Positions 56,690-64,000 of a stretch of 64,000 nt of DNA are shown here, piece after piece. Within the stretch, counting starts at the first letter, position 1, and every line of letters begins with the position of its first letter. Origin of the DNA: a bacterium (GTDB taxonomy: Bacteria; Patescibacteriota; Saccharimonadia; Saccharimonadales; SZUA-47); the NCBI GenBank assembly GCA_030428125.1, contig JAUIBF010000001.1, positions 14,102 through 78,101 of the forward strand. The letters are read 5' to 3'. The position numbers and the translations under genes are program-made. The notes beneath the pieces are model-generated. The model was not told the DNA's origin. It did not search any database and saw nothing but the letters and a program-made list of their open reading frames with translations.

Positions 56690-58075
56690 ATGATAGAGAG
56701 ACAAGTAGACGCAATTATAGGTCTGCAAATGGGTGACGAAGGAAAGGGTAGATTTGCTCACCAGCTTGCAGCGAACTATCCTATGGTTGCACGATTTAAT
56801 GGAGGGGCAAACGCAGGACACACATTTTCGCATAATGGTCGGGAAGTAAACACACATCAGATTCCGTCTGGTATTACTCACGAAGGTGTTGTGAACTTGA
56901 TAACTATTAGCTCATACGTTGATCCAAAAGCATTACTAGAAGAAGCAAACGGACTCTGGGAAATAGGAATTCCGGTATCGGGTAGAAACCTTAAAGTATC
57001 TGATGGGGCAAATTTAGTATTGCCACACCATATTATGCGCGACAATATTCGTGAGTTAAGTAAGGACGGACAAGGTAGTACAGGGCGAGGTATTAGCTTT
57101 GTAGGTTCAGATAAATACGAACGAATTGGCGTTACACTAAATGACTTCATTAACGACCCTCAGCTTGTAAAATCAAGGGTTATTGAAGGTATAGACGGGG
57201 TCAACAGATCACTGGATGAGTTGTTCGTCTCCGTAATGGAAGACGATGACTTAGAAGATTCAAATCGCGAACAGCTATTGGAAAATATTTGCAATGCTGT
57301 TGGTGTAGCTAATCTAGAATGGGCCAGCTGGAAAGAAGCGACTGGAGAAATTAGAGCATACGAAACGGATACTTTTGAATTTATCCACGAAGCATTAGGA
57401 AAAGGTCAAACGCTACTAGCAGAAGGTGCTCAAAGTTCTGGATTAGATATCGAGCATGGAATGAGGCCGGAAACCACTTCATCACATGTGACCATTGGTG
57501 GCGCGTTAAGCAGCATAGGCGTTGGACCACGTGCTATTGGAGAAGTTTATGGTGTCGCGAAACTTCCTAAATCAAGGGTAGGTGGTACACCTGAATCTTT
57601 TCCTACCAGGATCACGGATGAAGAAATAGCAGCTCGTATTAGAGGTAACGCAGGCGATATTGATGGAGAATACGGAAAGTCTACAGGTAGAGAACGAATG
57701 GTGGGATGGCTCGATTTACCAGAGCTTAGAAGATCTGTATTAGTAAATGAAGTAACACAATTAGTATTTACAAAATTAGATTGTATTCCAAGAGCCGGGG
57801 ACTATACTCAAGTTGCTACACATTTTGTAGGCGAAGATGGACAGCCTGTTGAGATAGCTCCAAACTTTGTTAGTAAGGTCAGAAAAATGAAACCTGAATA
57901 TGAACAGTTACCAACATGGGAAGAAGATATTTCCGGTGTGCGAAGGTTTGATGAATTACCAGAAAATGCCAAAGCCTACCTCGAATTTATCAAGAGCCAA
58001 CTAGGTGTCGAGATAACAATGGTCGGTGTCGGTCCAGAGTCTGAGCAATTTATTGATATGCGAGTAGCGACTTAA
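56690..58075 (+). CDS. purA: Adenylosuccinate synthetase
   Basis: GDEGKG, GGANAGHT, GSTGRGI, EGAQ, TGRER, TKLD. Confidence 0.95.
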   Translation: MIERQVDAIIGLQMGDEGKGRFAHQLAANYPMVARFNGGANAGHTFSHNGREVNTHQIPSGITHEGVVNLITISSYVDPKALLEEANGLWEIGIPVSGRNLKVSDGANLVLPHHIMRDNIRELSKDGQGSTGRGISFVGSDKYERIGVTLNDFINDPQLVKSRVIEGIDGVNRSLDELFVSVMEDDDLEDSNREQLLENICNAVGVANLEWASWKEATGEIRAYETDTFEFIHEALGKGQTLLAEGAQSSGLDIEHGMRPETTSSHVTIGGALSSIGVGPRAIGEVYGVAKLPKSRVGGTPESFPTRITDEEIAARIRGNAGDIDGEYGKSTGRERMVGWLDLPELRRSVLVNEVTQLVFTKLDCIPRAGDYTQVATHFVGEDGQPVEIAPNFVSKVRKMKPEYEQLPTWEEDISGVRRFDELPENAKAYLEFIKSQLGVEITMVGVGPESEQFIDMRVAT

Positions 58076-58078
58076 GAA

Positions 58079-58981
58079 TTACCAGCTTTGTTCGCTGTAG
58101 TCCATGTAGTTACTGTCGGTTGCAGTAACTTTGTATGCAATATAGTTACCTTTGTCGAGTTTTGCAATCGGAGGTAATTTCGTACCTTCTATGTACTTTC
58201 TAGGCTCGATAATATGTTCAAATACCTGCTGTTTTAACTTGGCGTCCGCGATTGGCTCAGCTGTTCCTTTGATATATAAAACCTGTAAAGATTCAGAAGG
58301 ATGGATAGTAATCTGAACTTTGCTGTTAGACTCCAAATTTTTGACCTTAGTAGTTTCAGTTTTGGTCAGGAAATATATGTTTTCATCTTTATCCAATATG
58401 TAATGAATAACCGATGCATGTACGTTGCCTCTTCCGTCAGACGTGGAAAGTACGGCAGTATTATCGAGTTTAGTTGTGCCATCGTTTTCATGTGGCCTGG
58501 ATAATGGTTTGTCGTGATCGATTTTATACGGCTGGAAATCTTTCTTGGCTGGCTCTTCCGGTTTTAATGTGGATGCAGTATCGCGTTTTTCTATATATTT
58601 TTCAATATACTCAACAAACTTTTTTGCGCATTTTATATTTACGTACCTCAGTTCGTAATCTTTTACGTGGGTATGAAGTACTATTGAGGCAAAGGGGCCG
58701 GCTAACGTGGTCTTAACGCCAGCAACTACTTCGTAAGTTATTTCGTCCCAGTTTCGATAAAACGGCTTACAATCTATAAATATTACACGTCTGTCGGTGG
58801 CAACTAACATCACAGGCTCGAAAGATTCGTATAAACGACCGTAAACAACGCCTTTGACGTGCTCATTCTCATGAATAATAGTAGGCAGGTATCCGGTGCT
58901 CAGTTTCGTGAATCCATAAGCAGTCATCCCAGCTTTTTTGAGTTCGTCTTTAACTCTTTGGTTGTGTTTGGCTAAGTTCAT
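58079..58981 (-). CDS. Bacterial PH domain fused to a pyridoxamine-5'-phosphate-oxidase-like split barrel
   Basis: LVATDRRVIF; AVLST..HAS..IYFLT...TKVKNL. Confidence 0.7.
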   Translation of the reverse strand: MNLAKHNQRVKDELKKAGMTAYGFTKLSTGYLPTIIHENEHVKGVVYGRLYESFEPVMLVATDRRVIFIDCKPFYRNWDEITYEVVAGVKTTLAGPFASIVLHTHVKDYELRYVNIKCAKKFVEYIEKYIEKRDTASTLKPEEPAKKDFQPYKIDHDKPLSRPHENDGTTKLDNTAVLSTSDGRGNVHASVIHYILDKDENIYFLTKTETTKVKNLESNSKVQITIHPSESLQVLYIKGTAEPIADAKLKQQVFEHIIEPRKYIEGTKLPPIAKLDKGNYIAYKVTATDSNYMDYSEQSW

Positions 58982-59130
58982 AATGCACCTCCTAATATCT
59001 AGTATCTACTCCTTGAGAGCAGTTTTCAAGTATAAGCAAAACGGCTAGGATTTACTCCCAGCCGCTTTGCTTCAGTCTTTAATGCATGTATCTATTCAGT
59101 AGCTTGCTCCGATCCTCCCTCAAAATGAGG

Positions 59131-59601
59131 TCAACCATGTCCACGATGTCCAAAACCCTCACCTTTTTCTGATCTAATAGCGTCTAAGTCTATGCCTTGC
59201 TCTTCAGCCCAAGCTTTAAAGTCTTCCATATCAGATTTCATTTGCTCATGGATTTCTTCACGAGTTAAATCCTGGTCTCTCAACTCTTCACGCGCTTGCC
59301 TCATTTCTTCACGTTTTTGCGAAAGCGCGTCGGCTTGTTCTTGAGTCAAGGTTCCGTCTTCGACCAGACTTGCGAGTCTTTCAGCTTCTTCTGCTTCCAT
59401 TTCAGCATGTTTTTCCACGCGTGCTTCATCGAATACTGCCTGCACATCATCACGGCTCAACCCAAACTTTTCAACAAGTTTATCAATGATTCCACTGCCG
59501 TCCTCACCTCCGTATGCGCTAGCCACAGATGGTCCAACGAGTGATCCTGCAGCTATTGTCGTTAGGACTCCAGCTGCTAGCATTGCTTTACTTAATTTCA
59601 T
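59131..59601 (-). CDS. Secreted helical protein
   Basis: Signal peptide; V.DG.LTQEQAD motif. Confidence 0.75.
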   Translation of the reverse strand: MKLSKAMLAAGVLTTIAAGSLVGPSVASAYGGEDGSGIIDKLVEKFGLSRDDVQAVFDEARVEKHAEMEAEEAERLASLVEDGTLTQEQADALSQKREEMRQAREELRDQDLTREEIHEQMKSDMEDFKAWAEEQGIDLDAIRSEKGEGFGHRGHG

Positions 59602-59768
59602 TTCTTCTCCTTCGCTTTAGTTTCTTGATACCCTAGCTGATACTTCGCTTACGTTCCAGGAGCTAAAAAATTGTGAGCTCAGTCCGGAACAGCTTTTACC
59701 GTTAGGATATAAAGAATATAAATTACCAAGCTGAAATCACACTTTGAGAAGACTTAATTTTTGCTGAG

Positions 59769-60782
59769 TTAGTATTTTGGTACGCAAACAGTGAAAGTAG
59801 AACCTTTGTCCACAGTACTTTTTACAGTGATTTTGCCACTAAGTGCCTCGATAGATTTTTTTGCAATTGAGAGGCCGATTCCATATCCACCTACTTTGTT
59901 CTTGGTCCTAGACTGGTCGGCCCTATAAAACCTATCAAATATCTTATCCTCATCCAGAGGGTTTATTCCAACCCCTCTGTCTTTAACATCAACCAGATAA
60001 CTGCTCTTGCTCAAACTAACTTTAATAGAAATTTCTGAGCCCGTAGGACTGTATTTACTGGCATTATTTACTAGAGTCGCTATGACATTAGTCAAAGCCT
60101 CTTCGTTTGTATGGATTTCTTGAGACTTAAGTTTTCTAATAACGGTTTGTTTTTTCCTAGAAATATCCTTTTTATTACGTGCAATTGCGTTTTCAATTAT
60201 CTCTCTCAAATCAGCTTTTGCTTTAACTAAATCTTCGTTTTCTAGTCTTGAAAGTTTCAACAATCCTTCTGTAAGGGAGGTGAGTTTATCTAGCTCTTCG
60301 ATGTTACTTTCAAGCTGTTTTTTAGCATCCTTTAATGTTAGCTTTGAATCAGTAAGGGAAATTTCGTTTTCCAACCTCATAGCTGCTATTGGAGTTCTGA
60401 GTTCATGTGAGGCGTCTGAAGTAAACCGACTTTGTGACTCATGAGCTTCCTCGATAGGACGCAGACTTCGTCTCGCCAAGTAATAACTTAGTAGTCCACC
60501 ACTGACAAATATAAATAAGTTTATAAACCCCAAACTTATCCTTATGTCTCGCTTAGCATCCTTAATTGCCTTATCTTGACCAGTTAAAAAGTCTTGCAGG
60601 CCTTCAAGGTTGTTCAGCCTTATTATCTGCGCAAATGAGTTTGGTCGACGGATACCTTGTTCAATTTCGCGTGATGCTAACTGGTAAAGACCTAAACTGA
60701 AAATTAGGGAAATTGACATTATTATTAGCAAATATAAACCAGTAAGTCTTAGTGATGCTCGCTGGAACATGCTCTGTCGCAT
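59769..60782 (-). CDS. Sensor histidine kinase
   Basis: ASHELRTP, NASKY, DRGVG, GYGIGL. Confidence 0.95.
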   Translation of the reverse strand: MRQSMFQRASLRLTGLYLLIIMSISLIFSLGLYQLASREIEQGIRRPNSFAQIIRLNNLEGLQDFLTGQDKAIKDAKRDIRISLGFINLFIFVSGGLLSYYLARRSLRPIEEAHESQSRFTSDASHELRTPIAAMRLENEISLTDSKLTLKDAKKQLESNIEELDKLTSLTEGLLKLSRLENEDLVKAKADLREIIENAIARNKKDISRKKQTVIRKLKSQEIHTNEEALTNVIATLVNNASKYSPTGSEISIKVSLSKSSYLVDVKDRGVGINPLDEDKIFDRFYRADQSRTKNKVGGYGIGLSIAKKSIEALSGKITVKSTVDKGSTFTVCVPKY

Positions 60783-61462
60783 TACTTTTTCTCTCCGAAG
60801 TAATAGCCAAAACCACGTCTAGTATTTATGAGTTTTGGAAGGTCAGGGAAGGGTTTATCGATTTTGTTTCGTAAATATCCCATATAAACTTCTACTGTAT
60901 TTGGTAGGATGTCAGCGTCATAATCCCAAACATGCTGCATAATCTGATCTTTGGTGGCTATGCGTCCGGGTTGGCTCATTAAATATTCAAGCAGGGCAAA
61001 CTCTTTTGAGGTAAGTTCAATAATTTCCTTACCACGATTAGCAGTGAAGCTATCACGGTCCAAACTAACACCGTTTGATTCTATGTGAGTGTCAACTGCT
61101 TCCTTGGGTCTGCGCAATAGGGCACGCACCCTTGCAATTAATTCTACAAAAGCAAAGGGTTTGACCAGATAGTCATCCGCGCCCGCGTTGAGACCTTCTG
61201 CGCGGTCAAGCACCTTATCTTTTGCAGTAAGTAAAAGGACCGGGGTATGGATTGAAGCCTCTCGCATCGACTTCAAAATCGTAATACCATCGGTCCCAGG
61301 CAACATCCTGTCCAGAATAACTATGTCGTAAGGTTCAGTAGTTGCCATACTGAGTCCTTCATCTCCGTCGTAACAAACATCCACAGCGAAGGCCTGTCTT
61401 TCCAACCCGCGCACAAGTGCCCCAGCTATCTTATGATCATCTTCTATAACTAGAACTCTCAT
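60782..61462 (-). CDS. OmpR-family response regulator
   Basis: EDD, LDRMLP, GADDYLVKPF, winged helix with RGFGY. Confidence 0.95.
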   Translation of the reverse strand: MRVLVIEDDHKIAGALVRGLERQAFAVDVCYDGDEGLSMATTEPYDIVILDRMLPGTDGITILKSMREASIHTPVLLLTAKDKVLDRAEGLNAGADDYLVKPFAFVELIARVRALLRRPKEAVDTHIESNGVSLDRDSFTANRGKEIIELTSKEFALLEYLMSQPGRIATKDQIMQHVWDYDADILPNTVEVYMGYLRNKIDKPFPDLPKLINTRRGFGYYFGEKK

Positions 61463-61551
61463 ACTTATATTATAACTGCCAACCTGAAATTAAACTGAGA
61501 AAATAAAACACCACTGAAAGATTTAACCTCCAGTGGTGTATTCTATGCGTT

Positions 61552-61800
61552 TTATCGCTGTCGTTCGCGTGCTTCACTAACGTGAATAGTTCGACCACCA
61601 AATTCCTTGTTGTCTAAGCCGTCAATCGCAGCTTTACCTTCATCGTCAGAGTCAAATTCTACGAATCCAAACCCACGTGAACGTCCAGTTTCTCGGTCAG
61701 TGATAACTTTAGCGCTTGCTACAGTACCAAATTGTGAGAAGCCATCTTTAAGCTCATCATCGGTTGTTGAAAACGGTAATCCGCCTACAAATAGTTTCAT
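61552..61800 (-). CDS. RRM RNA-binding protein
   Basis: LFVGGL (RNP2) and RGFGFVEF (RNP1). Confidence 0.93.
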   Translation of the reverse strand: MKLFVGGLPFSTTDDELKDGFSQFGTVASAKVITDRETGRSRGFGFVEFDSDDEGKAAIDGLDNKEFGGRTIHVSEARERQR

Positions 61801-61956
61801 GTTACTGTTACTTTCCTCTTATTTTCTTTGGCAATTCGACCATCTGATTGAGAGGATATGTAACGTTGAACGATTTTCTTAGCACTTTTCACTCTTAAAA
61901 GACTCTTGCAAGACTAATTAAAACACGAAATTAACAAATCAACTAATTATTTTGGG

Positions 61957-63351
61957 TCATTTACAATCGATTTTGTTAGCAGCACGTCTAACAGCTTGAG
62001 ACCAGGTAGGGAAAGCATGAATTGTATACTGGATTTTTGATGCTTTCATTTTCCACTGAATCGCTAGTGTAAGTTCATGGATCAGCTCACCGGCTCGTGG
62101 ACCGATAATGCTTGCTCCTAGTAGTACGCCCTTTTTATTAGCTAGGATTTTCACAAATCCGGTATCTTCTTGTGTAGTGTTTGCTCTAGACACTACACTC
62201 AACGGAATCGCACCAACTTGATACTTAACTTTCTTTGCTTTTAGCTCTGCTTCTGTAGCTCCGACAGCAGCTACTTCAGGTTCAATAAATACACATCTAG
62301 GGACAGCGTGATAATCTGCCATGTAGATTAGGCTAGAACTCATGTTTTGAGCCGCTATTCTACTTTGATAACTGGCAGTATGAGTAAACATGTATCCACC
62401 AGTAACATCACCGGCCGCAAATATGTGTGGGCTGGAGGTTTTCATTTCTCGGTTCACTTTTATTCCACGTCTGTCGAACTCTACACCAGCATTTTCTAGT
62501 CCTAGATCAGTATTAGGTGCTTTCCCAGCTGCAAGCAAAATATTGTCGACTGTTACTTTGTGAATTTTCCCAAGTTTCTCAAAGCTAACAATTCTCTGAG
62601 AGCCTTTTTTCTCAACTTTAACGACTTTAGATTCTGTATGTACTTCAGTTCCATTGGCGTCGAAAATAGCTTCAACTAGGTCGCCGACTTCTTCGTCTTC
62701 ACGTGCAAGTAAGCGTTCAGCAAACTCAGCGATGTGGACTTTTACTCCAAAACTGGAGAAAATATGAGCGAATTCACAGCCAATAGCACCTCCACCTATA
62801 ATAAATAGGCTTTTTGGTGGTTTCTCTAAGTCAAGAGCCTGACGGTAACCAATATACCCGGATTCTTCAAGGCCGGGAATAGGTGGTACGACATCATGAG
62901 TCCCAGTTGCAATTAGAAACTGCTGTGCAGTGTAGCGTTTACCTCTGACACTCAGGGTCCAAGGGTCTATAAAGTGAGCATGTCCTTTAATGACGTTTAT
63001 GCCATCGTTTTTGAATGCGGCCTCTCCTTCTGAGGTCCCTGTGTTGCGTACAGCGGTATCTTTCCAAGCTTTAATTGCAGGGTAGTTGATAGATACATCT
63101 TTAACTTTAATTCCAAAGTTCTCAGCGTTCTTGATTGTGTTAAGAGTTTCGGCTGTCTGAAGCAAGGCTTTTGTAGGCACGCAACCATAGTTAGGGCATT
63201 CACCGCCTAGTTTTTCCTGCTCAATAACAGCAACAGATTTACCCTTGGATCTTAATGTGTGTGCTGCAACACCACCACCAGAACCGGTACCTATGACAAT
63301 TACGTCGTAGTCAGTCAATTTAGGTTTTATGTGTTTTGATTTATAAACCAC
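61957..63351 (-). CDS. Pyridine nucleotide-disulfide oxidoreductase (Lpd/MerA family)
   Basis: GTGSGG, GGECPNYGCVP, GGGAIG, HAFPT. Confidence 0.9.
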   Translation of the reverse strand: MVYKSKHIKPKLTDYDVIVIGTGSGGGVAAHTLRSKGKSVAVIEQEKLGGECPNYGCVPTKALLQTAETLNTIKNAENFGIKVKDVSINYPAIKAWKDTAVRNTGTSEGEAAFKNDGINVIKGHAHFIDPWTLSVRGKRYTAQQFLIATGTHDVVPPIPGLEESGYIGYRQALDLEKPPKSLFIIGGGAIGCEFAHIFSSFGVKVHIAEFAERLLAREDEEVGDLVEAIFDANGTEVHTESKVVKVEKKGSQRIVSFEKLGKIHKVTVDNILLAAGKAPNTDLGLENAGVEFDRRGIKVNREMKTSSPHIFAAGDVTGGYMFTHTASYQSRIAAQNMSSSLIYMADYHAVPRCVFIEPEVAAVGATEAELKAKKVKYQVGAIPLSVVSRANTTQEDTGFVKILANKKGVLLGASIIGPRAGELIHELTLAIQWKMKASKIQYTIHAFPTWSQAVRRAANKIDCK

Positions 63352-63366
63352 CCTTAAATTTCCCCT

Positions 63367-63636
63367 TTACCAAACTATTCTATGATGAAGTAACATATGT
63401 CCTGCATCTGGATGGTAAGCACCCAAGTGTTTGGCTGCTTGTCTGCGAATATCATTTGCAGTTACTTCGTGTTTTTTAGATATCCAGGCGTTTACGTCTT
63501 TCTGAACTTTATCTGCAACTAATTCTGCACTGCCTGCTGGTTCTCTAACAGCTTGGCAAGCTGCAAACACACTTGCATATACTTTTCGTTCGTCGTATGG
63601 TTCAGTGTGGCCTTTTCTTTTAACGATATGTTGCAT
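63367..63636 (-). CDS. Stand-alone ATP-cone domain protein
   Basis: IVKRKGHTEPYDERKV motif. Confidence 0.75.
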   Translation of the reverse strand: MQHIVKRKGHTEPYDERKVYASVFAACQAVREPAGSAELVADKVQKDVNAWISKKHEVTANDIRRQAAKHLGAYHPDAGHMLLHHRIVW

Positions 63637-63640
63637 GATC

Positions 63641-64000
63641 TTATCCGAAATTTATTGTCCCATTAGCGATTAAAATTAGTATCCAGCCTAGCGCTACGAA
63701 CAGCAGGCCCATAGCTAGACGCATACTGCCTTTAGATTCTTCTTTCCACTTACTAACGGCGCTAATTTTAGTGCCTGACGCTACCATAATGAGAATAACG
63801 ATCAAAGGCAACACAAATACCAGGTTATAGAGAACCATTAGCAAGAATGCCCAGATGGTAAAGTCAATTCTCAGTATGGTAATGATTGCAAGATAAGGTG
63901 CACCAGTACAAGGCAGTTCAACAGCTGCAACGAACGCACCTAGAAGCATCACGCCCCATACTGACTTGTTGCTGTGTGACCAGTCGTGGATCTTATCAGC
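63641..64000 (-). CDS. CcdA/DsbD-like transmembrane protein, 5' part outside the window
   Basis: ELPCTGAPY and YNLVFVLP; frame runs to the window edge. Confidence 0.75.
   Translation of the reverse strand, partial: ADKIHDWSHSNKSVWGVMLLGAFVAAVELPCTGAPYLAIITILRIDFTIWAFLLMVLYNLVFVLPLIVILIMVASGTKISAVSKWKEESKGSMRLAMGLLFVALGWILILIANGTINFG

Overview
A gene-dense bacterial chromosome segment. Gene content and organisation suggest Candidatus Saccharibacteria (Patescibacteria/CPR); this is inferred, not searched. The backbone carries uppP, nadD, a Kef-type antiporter, an archaeal-type non-discriminating AspRS, a MurC-like ligase, dus, ABC exporters, a Fur-family/metal-uptake cluster, an ECF sigma module, pyrE (internal stop), pyrF, purA, a two-component system and three tRNAs (Asn-GTT, Ile2/Met-CAT, fMet-CAT). 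Main observations: (1) An integron-like array of compact 450-920 bp gene cassettes is stacked at the 3' end of tRNA-Asn (positions 1-3214, apparently continuing off the left edge). The boundaries have the form terminator hairpin + tRNA 3'-end core TGGCTC + arm. Three arms are near-identical 48-bp repeats varying largely at synonymous positions of a peptide that looks like an integrase C-terminus. (2) A 5.4-kb large-serine-recombinase element at tRNA-fMet has the same anatomy and retains its integrase. Its att site lies inside the integrase gene, so excision would swap the C-terminus. It carries an OLD/GajA-like ATPase-TOPRIM nuclease. (3) Several unannotated RNA-level features: a tandem pair of complementary small transcripts, one encoding a 19-aa cationic peptide; an Asn/Asp-rich leader peptide before aspS; a ~240-nt orphan ncRNA; a covarying structured repeat; and a palindromic bidirectional ECF promoter.
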